Positions 1 to 17,094 of a stretch of DNA of 64,000 nt are shown here, piece after piece. A program made the position numbers and the translations under genes. The DNA is from Yuukianura sp. NJ FZ-2021. Its lineage: Eukaryota. How positions within the stretch are numbered: the stretch's first letter is position 1; each line of letters opens with the position of its first letter. The notes below the pieces were generated by a model. It saw only the letters and a list, made by a program, of their open reading frames with translations. It ran no database searches and was not told where the DNA came from. The DNA lies in assembly GCA_046563655.1 (NCBI GenBank), contig CM102287.1, forward strand, positions 10,478,001 through 10,542,000, written 5' to 3'.

Positions 1-2626
1 GGTCGGGGGATAGCCTGGGTTACTTCGGTTGGACTTGTGCTTTGGCTGTTTGGGATTCGGAGAGTTGCGTTGGAGAGGGAGGTTGAGTTCGGAAGAGTCT
101 CAGTCTCATCGTTGCATTGGAGGGAACAGCTTCACTTTCAAAGTCACTACTGCACTCTCTCTCCGCAAGAGCACATCACAACCAAGGAAAAGGACAGGAA
201 CTGAGGCTCTCAACAGACTTTGACCCCTTGACCTTCCCTTGTCCTTCCTCAGCATCCACGACCTACCCACCATCCCACCACCACTATCTCCACCCACCTC
301 AACCTTCTACGGCTTCCTCTACGCTTCATTCAACCGCCTACAAGGTAAGACCAAGGTCCTCTTCTCTAACATATGATTTAAGCAGGAATTCATCGATTAA
401 CAACTAAACATCAACAAACAGCCACTTTTAAGTTTTAAGTGATCACAATTGGATTAAGTAGCTTTTGATTGGATGAGTTTGTTGGTGGCTGACTTACACA
501 TATAAGAATCTGATCTCATCCAGCACTTTTAAATCGTGGCGGTTATGCTAGGCAAGGTTTGTAATAAACCCATTAGTTCATTAATAGTTGCTAGGTTCAT
601 CTATTCAGTCAGATTAGGGAAGTTAGTGTTGACCTAACTGGAAAAATGACGACGCATCTTACCAATGTCAGTTGAATTGAAATTGGCGCTATGTGATTGA
701 ACAATTTTCAGTTTTATGTTTTGGTTGAGGAATTGGGTACTTATTTTAAATTTTATGGAAAGTTGAGGGAGAGAGACGTCTGAACTGAAAGGTAATGCAT
801 CACCAGAGGCACTTTGGTCCATTATTGGAAGTAGGCCCAACGTTTGGATTTGTGAGTAGTCGATTTGGTTTGTTGAAAATACAATGGTGGACTTATTGTA
901 AGGGCTAACGCTAAGGGTCCACGCCATTTTACCAAAAATACATCCATTGTACAAGCCTAGTCCCCATTCAAATCCACATATTTTTAGACGGAGTTTTAGT
1001 CTATCCATTTTTATTTTTGGTCGAATTTTTAGTCGGTCCATTTTTGTGGTGGAGTTTAATGGCGTCCTACTCTTGCAGTGTTTTACATGTGAAATATTTC
1101 ACTTTTCACTGGAAAATGAAAAGAATTGAAAAATACATGCAATGAAATAATACCTTTGCAGCTTCTTTAATATATTTCACTCAAATATTTCAATTTCTTT
1201 CACGTTTTTTTCAATTTGTTTCAGCGAAATAAAAGAAGACGTAGATGAAATTTTCAGTTAATTTCACTTGTTTTTTTTTTTCAATTTTTGAAGTTGAAAA
1301 ATTGATCATTGATCTCTGTTGGAAATTTAGATAGTGAATGTGGTGCTATTCTGCATTAGAAATGTATTCCCACTAGAGGTTTGTGTTTAAAGTTAACTGG
1401 GTATTGGGTTTTGTTAGATGGGGAGTGTATGATTTTGATTGGGCGGAGTGATTAATGGAAGTGTGTATGATTGATGGCTGGATGAGTAGACTCATCATCA
1501 CTCTTAACTCCTCATTTAATTCCTTCCATTTCCTGAGAAAGTAACAATGCATACTTTGTTACTTGGATGGAGAAAGTAAGGAAGGAGAAAGTCTAAATAA
1601 TGAACACAAAGTCCTATTGATTTTTACCCCCACTTTCTCCTCGGATTGACCACTCACCTGGATCAATAGTTGGGGAGGCAGAGGTTGGAATCTAATTATG
1701 CTACGCATCACTCACTCCCTTGAATCCCATTACTATGCTCCTTGGTTGTAATGATGTGCCAAGCCAAGGCCATTCCCCAGACACCCCTCTGCCCCCTCAC
1801 CCGTGAAATTAACCCTCCATCATGTGTTGAGAACCTCATTAGCCCACCTTCCACGGCCTCAACTGGAGTCAGATCCAGTGAATGATGAATGGGCTAAGGT
1901 GGATTTGGATTTGTCTTCATTACTTCCTTCCAGAGATGGATGGACCATTAGCATTCCAGCCACAAAGTGGAAACAAAGTATCATCCACACAACTTACTTC
2001 CTCTGAGCAGTTTAGTACTCTTGTCCTTGGAGACTAACTCTGAAACAGACTTACAAAGTTGTTGGAATCACCTAAATTCCTCCCGTAGTTTATTTGGGGA
2101 GTGGTTGTAAACGTGGGATTTGGGACATTTGATTTCTGGGAGAAGATGCCAAGGGTGAGGAATGTTGTCTCCTCATGTAGATTCCCATTGTGTCTGAATT
2201 GGCACAGTGACAGGTCCATTGTGTCTCCACTCTCTTCGGAGCAGAGTACAAAGTGAGGCAGGAGTAAATCAGGGAGGAAGTGGACAGAGGTTCTAAGTTG
2301 AGTGGCTCTGGGATTTCGTTGTTCCGAGGAATTAGTGCATGGTGGATGGAATTGGAAGAGAAAGTGGGCATCCCTTAGTTTGGTTCACTCTGGAGGGTAC
2401 TTGGACTGCTTCATTGGGCAAGGGCAGGCTACTTCATTATTTAGGTGGGCCAAAGCGTTCCCTTAAGGGTCCACAGTCCAGCGGAGTAAATGAGGGATTA
2501 ATTGGGAAGGGAATTGGAAAAGTACACATTAAGAGTATGGAAATGGCTTTCTCCCAACTAACTTGTGTTTGTGTTTCAGGGGATCTTGGGAGAGGAATTG
2601 ACTAAAGACATTTGAGTGTACTTGAA

Positions 2627-6968
<4,342 letters not shown>

Positions 6969-7616
6969 CTCACAAACACTTTCAAATATTTAGTACATCA
7001 AGTAGTGCATTCACTATCTTTTTAACTCATTTTATGTAATTGTTTGTGTTGGACAAATGTGGACAGGGGTCCAGTTTCCAAATAAATGTGAGTAGTTTCA
7101 CCTGTTCCCAAGGTCATCTTTTGTTATGTTCTCTGGCTACTTCCCCTCAACCATCTCCCAACTCGACACTGCTTCAGTTCAGTTTTCTCCATCCAACGAT
7201 CCACGGAGTCCTCCATGCTCTCAACATCAACTGCTCCCCTCCCGGAATTGTCCTACCTCACTTTGGCCTGGATTCAGACTTACTTTCCTCGCACGACATC
7301 CGAATTCCAACAACAGTCCAACTAAAATATTTAAACCTGCTACTCCCACCCAACCAAAGTCGTAAGCATCCATTTACTTTTGTTCTACTTTGCCTTTCTC
7401 TCAACGTCGCCACTCTTAAATCTATCAACCTCCTCATTCCCACCTTTCTCCCCCAAATTCAGCAGATACTTCCAACTATAACTTTTTAGCACCACTCCTC
7501 CCCCTACAATTTTAATTTTTCTTTTCAATTGGAACAAGTTTTGACAAGTTTGAGAGAAAGTGATTAATGTGCCCACCATACTGGACCAGTTTCTAATTCT
7601 GTTGTTTGATTTGCAG

Positions 7617-7740
7617 GTTGGCTATGGAGACAGCGACGTTGGCTGGCGGTGGTTTGGTGTTTCCGACAGGCGTGTCAGGGCCCAGTCCCGGCTTCTACAT
7701 CACAGCACCCAGCCCCATTCTACGAGCACCCATTCACTAG
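7617..7740 (+). CDS. mub: Alternative terminal coding exon of mub/PCBP (RLAMETATLAGG...RAPIH*)
   Basis: Acceptor TTTGCAG ends at 7616. Joining to the donor after ...ATCAACATGAG (6514) gives in-frame YLINMRLAMET..., stop TAG 7738-7740. Confidence 0.7.
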
Positions 7741-9209
7741 TCCAGTGACTCACTTCGACGTCTAGTCACTTCCACCATCCACTGGGAACAGTGTGGGCAA
7801 CTCAAACTGTCGGACTATTCGTTTCCTTTTTCTACTCAACTCTTCGGAGGAGCTACTCTGGTCTTTTAATCGAGATTAAGCATAGGAATAGGTGGGAATT
7901 TATTTGTGAATGAGCAATATGCACTTGAAACGTAGGTCTAGGTCATGCACCTCTTAAGTGTTAACTACTTTGGATTTGAAGGAGCGTCTTTGTGCTCTTC
8001 CATTTTCTCCCACTCCAATAATTTTCAATTGTGAAGCCATTCCGACTCAAGTGTCGGAATTGGTTTGGACTGTGGACAAAGTAATAGTTAGGATAGTTGG
8101 AACGCATCAGTATTGGTTGGTGGCTAAAACAAATGATAAGGTGCCAAAAAGACACGGGGACTTTCTCCCCACTTGGGCTCTCTCTTGGACATGTACTTTA
8201 ACAATAACTTTCAACTTAGGAGAGACTCACTTCGGAATAAGTCAACTTCTACCGTCTCTGTGATAGAACTCATGTGTAAACCCTACAAGTACTTTTGGAT
8301 TCTTGCACAATAGTCTCCACTTGCATTCAATAACTCTGTAATTTCCGGTGGGGCAGGTGGGTCGCAGTAAGCAGAGGGCTTTAGGATGAGACATATCGCA
8401 GAATGGCCTTTGCCCTCGACCCACCCAACACAAATATCGAGCTTATGCTATTCGGGCCCTCTTCCCACCAACGCCAACACAATCTATCCTACACCCACCA
8501 AGCATTTCAACGCCGACTCAAAAAGTTACATTGTTCGGAAGGTAAATGCGGTTTGAAGGACATTTAAGGCGTTGACGGTGGACCCTTTGATTAAATTTGT
8601 CCCTTAGTTGTACGTTTCGCCCCTTGAAATATCATGAATATTATATCAACTTGTCATTGTCAATGTATCATCAAAATCAATAACAAACTTAAAAGACAAC
8701 TTCAACAAATCGCCAAGTCAAGTCCTTCATTTTCCCAATTCTAGTGTTCTTTCATAAGGGGGTCAACATCATTTCCATGCAGCGCCACTATTCTGGAGTA
8801 AAGTAAGGAACCTGAACGTTGTTCGAAGCGTTTCTTGATGACAAATGACGAAGAATGTTGTTGTGTAATTTGATCCAAGCGAAGGACGTGCAGCAATCGC
8901 TGCAAAGTCGAAATTTTCAAAATTTAGAACACAGGTAAGAATTCATGTGTTTTGGAAAGGGAGTTTTGCAAGAGAAGAGAGATGTAAGAGAAAGCAGAAT
9001 GAGATCGGAGATTATACGGAGTAAAGAGGCAGATTAGGAAGGTTCCTCCTGTAATGCTTTTTGTATGGGAGTTTGCGTTGCGGGAAAAAGTAAGAGGGAG
9101 GGCAAGGAACCTTTTTGGGTCGTACAACCTCCTGTCAGCTCGGATGGTTTCCCAGCAGCTTCCTTCACAAACAAATACAAAATTCTCTCCCCCGAAAATT
9201 TAAATTTCC

Positions 9210-9900
9210 AAAACTTTAAAAATTCATAACTTTTCAACGGAAAGACATAGAGAATTTTACTCTACACGCCTGAATTCAGAAAAATGTGTAGAATTTTTAA
9301 AAAATTCTAAAAAGCACCCTCAAGCTGTCAAAATTTTGATGCTGTGCTTTTTTTCTATACTTCTCGTTTTTTATTTTTTAAAATTTTGACCTCAAATTGT
9401 TTAGGACCATGTCGTATGACTAGATCCGAGCGCTGGAGCCACAGAAATCGCTGCAAAGTGGAAATTTTTTGAAGTGAAAAACTGCCAAAAATAAGTGTTT
9501 GTGGGGGGATGAAAAAGTTGAATCGAAAAGTGATGACTTTTGAATGGGCTAATCCCTCAACTTTTCCTCCATTCAAACTTAATTTCAAAATTCAAAAAAC
9601 TTTAAAAATTCATAACTTTTTAACGGAAAGACATTGAGAATTTTACTCTACACGCCTGAATTCAGAAAATTGTGTAGAATTTTAAAAAAATTCTAAAAAG
9701 CACCCTCAAGCTGTCAAAATTTTAATGCTGTGTTTTTTTTCTATACTTCTCGTTTTTTATTTTTTAAAATTTTGACCTCAAATTGTTTAGGACCATGTCG
9801 TATGACTAGATCCGAGCGCTGGAGCCACAGAAATCGCTGCAAAGTGGAAATTTTTCGAAGTGAAAAACTACTTAAAAAATGAGTGTTTGCAGGGGGTGAA
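9210..9900. repeat. Tandem duplication, 386 bp period (~1.8 copies), left flank of the satellite block
   Basis: 9210-9483 is near-identical to 9596-9869 (AAAACTTTAAAAATTCATAAC...GAAGTGAAAAACT). The fragment AATCGCTGCAAAGT also occurs at ~8895. Confidence 0.92.
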
Positions 9901-9959
9901 ACCTAACCTAACCAGGGGGGGGGGGTTTGTTTTTTTTTTTTCAAATTTTTCAAATTTTC

Positions 9960-10285
9960 CTAACTTTAAACGCAAATATCTCCAAATAAAGGCCCCTTAT
10001 TTTTTTCTGCAGTTGGTGTCAAAAGTTGCACAATTTGACGCTCTACAACATGCATATATTGGCCAAGCTCCATCGCGGCTGGTTCATGGATAAAAGTGGC
10101 AGAAACTGGGAGAAAACATCTTGGGAAGTTTAAACGCAAATATCTCCAAATAAAGGCCCCTTATTTTTTTCTGCAGTTGGTGTCAAAAGTTGCACAATTT
10201 GACGCTCTACAACATGCACATATTGGCCAAGCTCCAACGCGGCTGGTTCATGGATAAAAATGGCAGAAACTGGAAAAAAAACTTT
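9960..10285. repeat. Satellite unit A (164 bp), two copies
   Basis: TTTAAACGCAAATATCTCCAAATAAAGGCCCC...GTGGCAGAAACTGG repeated; same monomer as 11881-15605. Confidence 0.95.
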
Positions 10286-10341
10286 CATTTAAACTGGACT
10301 CTTAAGACGGAACGCATTTTTCACTTCTTTGGGCTGCATTC

Positions 10342-11830
10342 TGATAGATTTTTGGTCGCTGAGTTCAAAAATGTAAGGCGTTCCCACGTAACACCACGCG
10401 TTCCCGAGATATTTCGACTTTTTCCAGGATACGGTTCTCCCAACTTTTTGCACTTGTTCCTGATAGATTTTTGGTCGCTGAGTTCAAAAATGTAAGGCGT
10501 TCCCACGTAACACCACGCGTTCCCGAGATATTACGACTTTTTCCAAGAAACGGTTCTCCCAACTTTTTGCACTTGTTCCTCATAGATTTTTGGTCGCTGA
10601 GTTCAAAAATGTAAGGCGTTCCCACGTAACACCACGCGTTCCCGAGATATTACGACTTTTTCCAAGAAACGGTTCTCCCAACTTTTTGCACTTGTTCCTC
10701 ATAGATTTTTGGTCGCTGAGTTCAAAAATGTAAGGCGTTCCCACGTAACACCACGCGTTCCCGAGATATTACGACTTTTTCCAAGAAACGGTTCTCCCAA
10801 CTTTTTGCACTTGTTCCTCATAGATTTTTGGTCGCTGAGTTCAAAAATGTAAGGCGTTCCCACGTAACACCACGCGTTCCCGAGATACTTCGACTTTTTA
10901 CAGGATACGGTTCTCCCAACTTTTTGCACTTGTTCCTGATAGATTTTTGGTCGCTGAGTTCAAAAATGTAAGGCGTTCCCACGTAACACCACGCGTTCCC
11001 GAGATACTTCGACTTTTTACAGGATACGGTTCTCCCAACTTTTTGCACTTGTTCCTGATAGATTTTTGGTCGCTGAGTTCAAAAATGTAAGGCGTTCCCA
11101 CGTAATACCACGCGTTCCCGAGATATTTCGACTTTTTCCAGGATGCGGTTCCCCCAACTTTTTGCACTTGTTGCTGATAGATTTTTGGTCGCTGAGTTCA
11201 AAAATGTAAGGCGTTCCCACGTAACACCACGCGTTCCCGAGATATTTCGACTTTTTACAGGATACGGTTCTCCCAACTTTTTGCACTTGTTCCTGATAGA
11301 TTTTTGGTCGCTGAGTTCAAAAATGTAAGGCGTTCCCACGTAACACCACGCGTTCCCGAGATATTTCGACTTTTTCCAGGATACGGTTCTCCCAACTTTT
11401 TGCACTTGTTCCTGATAGATTTTTGGTCGCTGAGTTCAAAAATGTAAGGCGTTCCCACGTAACACCACGCGTTCCCGAGATATTACGACTTTTTCCAAGA
11501 AACGGTTCTCCCAACTTTTTGCACTTGTTCCTGATAGATTTTTGGTCGCTGAGTTCAAAAATGTAAGGCGTTCCCACGTAACACCACGCGTTCCCGAGAT
11601 ATTTCTACTTTTTCCAGGATACGGTTCTCCCAACTTTTTGCACTTGTTCCTCATAGATTTTTGGTTGCTGAGTTCAAAAATGTAAGGCGTTCCCAAGTAA
11701 CACCACGCGTTCCCGAGATATTACGACTTTTCACAGGGAACGGTTCCCCCAACTTTTTGCACTTGTTTCTCATAGATTTTGAGTTCAAAAATGTGGGGCG
11801 TTGCCACGTAACACCAGGCGATTTCGAGAT
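10342..11830. repeat. Satellite unit B (119 bp), ~12 copies plus a degenerate terminal copy
   Basis: TGATAGATTTTTGGTCGCTGAGTTCAAAAATGTAAGGCGTTCCCACGTAACACCACGCGTTCCCGAGATA... recurs at 10342, 10461, etc. Confidence 0.98.
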
Positions 11831-11844
11831 ATTTGGGCATGTAT

Positions 11845-14800
11845 GAAAGTGGCAGAAACTGGGAAAAAAACATCTTGGAAACTTTAAACGCAAATATCTC
11901 CAAATAAAGGCCCCTTATTTTTTTCTGCAGTTGGTGTCAAAAGTTGCACAATTTGACGCTTTACAACATGCATATATTGGCCAAGCTCCAACGCTGCTGG
12001 TTCATGGATAAAAGTGGCAGAAACTGGGAGAAAACATCTTGGAAACTTTAAACGCAAATATCTCCAAATAAAGGCCCCTTATTTTTTTCTGCATTTGGTG
12101 TCAAAAGTTGCACAATTTGACGCTCTACAACATGCATATATTGGCCAAGCTCCAACGCGGCTGGTTCATGGATAAAAGTGGCAGAAACTGGGAGAAAACA
12201 TCTTCGAAACTTTAAACGCAAATATCTCCAAATAAAGGCCCTTTATTTTTTTCTGCAGTTGGTGTCAAAAGTTGCACAATTTGACGCTCTACAACATGCA
12301 TATATTGGCCAAGCTCCAACGCGGCTGGTTCATGGATAAAAGTGGCAGAAACTGTGAGAAAACATCTTGGAAACTTTAAACGCAAATATCTCCAAATAAA
12401 GGCTCCTTATTTTTTTCTGCAGTTGGTGTCAAAAGTTGCACAATTTGACGCTCTACAACATGCATATATTGGCCAAGCTCCAACGCGGGTGGTTCATGGA
12501 TAAAAGTGGCAGAAACTGGGAGAAAACATCTTGGAAACTTTAAACGCAAATATCTCCAAATAAAGGCCCCTTATTTTTTTCTGCAGTTGGTGTCCAAAGT
12601 TGCACAATTTGACGCTCTACAACATGCATATATTGGCCAAGCTCCAACGCGGCTGGTTCATGGATAAAAGAGGCAGAAACTGGGAGAAAACATCTTGGAA
12701 ACTTTAAACGCAAATATCTCCAAATATAGGCCCCTTATTTTTTTCTGCAGTTGGTGTCAAAAGTTGCACAATTTGACGCTCTACAACATGCATATATTGG
12801 CCAAGCTCCAACGCGGCTGGTTCATGCATAAAAGCGGCAGAAACTGGGAGAAAACATCTTGGAAACTTTAAACGCAAATATCTCCAAATAAAGGCCCCTT
12901 ATTTTTTTCTGCATTTGGTGTCAAAAGTTGCACAATTTGACGCTCTACAACATGCATATATTGGCCAAGCTCCAACGCGGCTGGTTCATGGATAAAAGTG
13001 GCAGAAACTGGGAGAAAACATCTTCGAAACTTTAAACGCAAATATCTCCAAATAAAGGCCCCTTATTTTTTTCTGCAGTTGGTGTCAAAAGTTGCACAAT
13101 TTGACGCTCTACAACATGCATATATTGGCCAAGCTCCAACGCGGCTGGTTCATGGATAAAAGTGGCAGAAACTGGGAGAAAACATCTTCGAAACTTTAAA
13201 CGCAAATATCTCCAAATAAAGGCCCTTTATTTTTTTCTGCAGTTGGTGTCAAAAGTTGCACAATTTGACGCTCTACAACATGCATATATTGGCCAAGCTC
13301 CAACGAGGCTGGTTCATGGATAAAAGTGGCAGAAACTGGGAGAAAACATCTTGGAAACTTTAAACGCAAATATCTCCAAATAAAGGCCCTTTATTTTTTT
13401 CTGCAGTTGGTGTCAAAAGTTGCACAATTTGACGCTTTACAACATGCATATATTGGCCAAGCTCCAACGCTGCTGGTTCATGGATAAAAGTGGCAGAAAC
13501 TGGGAGAAAACATCTTGGAAACTTTAAACGCAAATATCTCCAAATAAAGGCCCCTTATTTTTTTCTGCATTTGGTGTCAAAAGTTGCACAATTTGACGCT
13601 CTACAACATGCATATATTGGCCAAGCTCCAACGCGGCTGGTTCATGGATAAAAGTGGCAGAAACTGGGAGAAAACATCTTGGAAACTTTAAACGCAAATA
13701 TCTCCAAATAAAGGCTCCTTATTTTTTTCTGCAGTTGGTGTCAAAAGTTGCACAATTTGACGCTCTACAACATGCATATATTGGCCAAGCTCCAACGAGG
13801 CTGGTTCATGGATAAAAGTGGCAGAAACTGAAAAAATCATCTTGGAAACTTTAAACGCAAATATCTCCAAATAAAGGCCCCTTATTTTTTTCTGCAGTTG
13901 GTGTCAAAAGTTGCACAATTTGACGCTCTACAACATGCATATATTGGCCAAGCTCCAACGCGGCTGGTTCATGGATAAAAGTGGCAGAAACTGGGAGAAA
14001 ACATCTTCGAAACTTTAAACGCAACTATCTCCAAATAAAGGCCCTTTATTTTTTTCTGCAGTTGGTGTCAAAAGTTGCACAATTTGACGCTCTACAACAT
14101 GCATATATTGGCCAAGCTCCAACGAGGCTGGTTCATGGATAAAAGTGGCAGAAACTGGGAGAAAACATCTTGGAAACTTTAAACGCAAATATCTCCAAAT
14201 AAAGGCTCCTTATTTTTTTCTGCAGTTGGTGTCAAAAGTTGCACAATTTGACGCTCTACAACATGCATATATTGGCCAAGCTCCAACGAGGCTGGTTCAT
14301 GGATAAAAGTGGCAGAAACTGAAAAAATCATCTTGGAAACTTTAAACGCAAATATCTCCAAATAAAGGCCCCTTATTTTTTTCTGCAGTTGGTGTCAAAA
14401 GTTGCACAATTTGACGCTCTACAACATGCATATATTGGCCAAGCTCCAACGCGGCTGGTTCATGGATAAAAGTGGCAGAAACTGGGAGAAAACATCTTGG
14501 AAACTTTAAACGCAAATATCTCCAAATAAAGGCTCCTTATTTTTTTCTGCAGTTGGTGTCAAAAGTTGCACAATTTGACGCTCTACAACATGCATATATT
14601 GGCCAAGCTCCAACGAGGCTGGTTCATGGATAAAAGTGGCAGAAACTGAGAAAAAACATCTTGGAAACTTTAAACGCAAATATCTCCAAATAAAGGCCCC
14701 TTATTTTTTTCTGCAGTTGGTGTCAAAAGTTGCACAATTTGACGCTCTACAACATGCATATATTGGCCAAGCTCCAACGAGGCTGGTTCATGGATAAAAG

Positions 14801-15606
14801 TGGCAGAAACTGAGAAAAAACATCTTGGAAACTTTAAACGCAAATATCTCCAAATAAAGGCTCCTTATTTTTTTCTGCAGTTGGTGTCAAAAGTTGCACA
14901 ATTTGACGCTCTACAACATGCATATATTGGCCAAGCTCCAACGAGGCTGGTTCATGGATAAAAGTGGCAGAAACTGAGAAAAAACATCTTGGAAACTTTA
15001 AACGCAAATATCTCCAAATAAAGGCCCCTTATTTTTTTCTGCAGTTGGTGTCAAAAGTTGCACAATTTGACGCTCTACAACATGCATATATTGGCCAAGC
15101 TCCAACGCGGCTGGTTCATGGATAAAAGTGGCAGAAACTGGGAGAAAACATCTTCGAAACTTTAAACGCAACTATCTCCAAATAAAGGCCCTTTATTTTT
15201 TTCTGCAGTTGGTGTCAAAAGTTGCACAATTTGACGCTCTACAACATGCATATATTGGCCAAGCTCCAACGAGGCTGGTTCATGGATAAAAGTGGCAGAA
15301 ACTGGGAGAAAACATCTTGGAAACTTTAAACGCAAATATCTCCAAATAAAGGCCCCTTATTTTTTTCTGCAGTTGGTGTCAAAAGTTGCACAATTTGACG
15401 CTTTACAACATGCATATATTGGCCAAGCTCCAACGCGGCTGGTTCATGCATAAAAGTGGCAGAAACTGGGAGAAAACATCTTGGAAACTTTAAACGCAAA
15501 TTTCTCCAAATAAAGGCCCCTTATTTTTTTCTGCAGTTGGTGTCAAAAGTTGCACAATTTGACGCTCTATAACGTCCATATACTAGTCAAGCTGCAACGC
15601 GGCTGC
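11845..15606. repeat. Satellite unit A (163-164 bp), ~23 copies
   Basis: ACTTTAAACG starts at 11881, 12045, 12209 and so on; the monomers differ by a few recurrent variants. Confidence 0.98.
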
Positions 15607-15610
15607 ATTT

Positions 15611-16376
15611 AGCAATTGTCCATTTCATTTGAGATCGGGGAGGGCGATGTCTGAGGGTAATTGGCCATTTCCCTTGAGATCGGGGATGGCGATGTCTGAG
15701 GGTAATTGGCCATTTCCCTTGAGATCGGGGATGGCGATGTCTGAGGGTAATTGGCCATTTCCCTTGAGATCGGGGATGGCGATGTCTGAGGGTAATTGGC
15801 CATTTCCCTTGAGATCGGGGATGGCGATGTCTGAGGGTAATTGGCCATTTCCCTTGAGATCGGGGATGGCGATGTCTGAGGGTAATTGGCCATTTCCCTT
15901 GAGATCGGGGATGGCGATGTCTGAGGGTAATTGGCCATTTCCCTTGAGATCGGGGATGGCGATGTCTGAGGGTAATTGGCCATTTCCCTTGAGATCGGGG
16001 ATGGCGATGTCTGAGGGTAATTGGCCATTTCCCTTGAGATCGGGGATGGCGATGTCTGAGGGTAATTGGCCATTTCCCTTGAGATCGGGGATGGCGATGT
16101 CTGAGGGTAATTGGCCATTTCCCTTGAGATCGGGGATGGCGATGTCTGAGGGTAATTGGCCATTTCCCTTGAGATCGGGGATGGCGATGTCTGAGGGTAA
16201 TTGGCCATTTCCCTTGAGATCGGGGATGGCGATGTCTGAGGGTAATTGGCCATTTCCCTTGAGATCGGGGAGGACGATGTCTGAGGGTAATTGGAAATTT
16301 CCCTTGAGATCGGGGAGGGCGATGTCTGAGGGTAATTGTCCATTTCGTTTGAAATCGGGGAGGACGATGTGTGAGG
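15611..16376. repeat. Minisatellite unit C (45 bp), ~17 copies
   Basis: GAGATCGGGGATGGCGATGTCTGAGGGTAATTGGCCATTTCCCTT; central copies identical, edge copies diverged. Confidence 0.98.
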
Positions 16377-16733
16377 AACTGGAAAAAAAGTCTTGAAAGC
16401 TTTAAACGCAAATATCTCCAAATAAAGCCCTTTATTTTTTTCTGCAATTGCTGCTAAAAGATGCAGAATTTGACGCTCTACAACGTCCATATACTTGTCA
16501 AGCTGCAACGCGGCTGCTTCATGGACAAAAGTGGCAGAAACTGGAAAAAAACGTCTTGAAAACTTTACACGCAAATATCTCCAAATATAGGCCCCTTATT
16601 TTTTTCTGCAATAGATGCTAAAAGATGCAGAATTTGACGCTCTACAACGTCCGTATACTGGTCAAGCTGCAACGCTGCTGCTTCATGGACAAAAGTGGTA
16701 TAAACTGGAAAAAACATGTTGGAAACTTTAAAC
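16377..16733. repeat. Diverged unit A' (~164 bp), ~2 copies, right edge of the satellite block
   Basis: CGCAAATATCTCCAAAT...TTTGACGCTCTACAACGTCC...CAAGCTGCAACGC; clearly homologous to unit A with more substitutions. Confidence 0.93.
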
Positions 16734-17094
16734 CTAGCTTTTTCTCCTAAACAGTCTCCTTTAAATTCCTGCTGCAGTTGATAAGGTAGTAGGTAAGGGG
16801 TTAGTTTAGGCTGGAGAAAGAAAAGAAGGGGTTCCAGTGAGTTTGCGGATCCAGGGGAAGTGTGTCCTTGGTTTCGGCCGGAGACAAGCGAGCGCGGGAG
16901 GGGGGGGGGGAGGCGATGGAGTTTGGAATGGCTGCTTGATGACTATGGGCGGAGTCTGGCGGAGAAAGTGAGGTGGGGAGAGTGCGGAGAAAGCTCAGTT
17001 CCACTTTGTGCTCCGCAGAGGATGCTCAGGCGACCCAGTTGTGCCCAAGTGCCCTTTGGAAACGAATAATGCAGAGTGTAGGGTGACAGAAGCC

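Noticed and set aside
10190..14361. Many short ORFs in satellite units A and B (e.g. MGTPYIFELSDQK...)
   Set aside because: Units of 119 and 164 bp are not multiples of three; the ORFs are frame-rotating by-products with no recognisable domain.
10342..16376. Regular repeats as a CRISPR array
   Set aside because: Head-to-tail monomers with no unique spacers, no cas genes, and a eukaryotic intron-containing context.
15587..16447. Arg/His-rich (PITLRHRHPRSQGKW)n and (MAMSEGNWPFPLRSG)n ORFs as genes
   Set aside because: Alternative frames of the same 45 bp minisatellite; no splice, promoter or synonymous-variation evidence.
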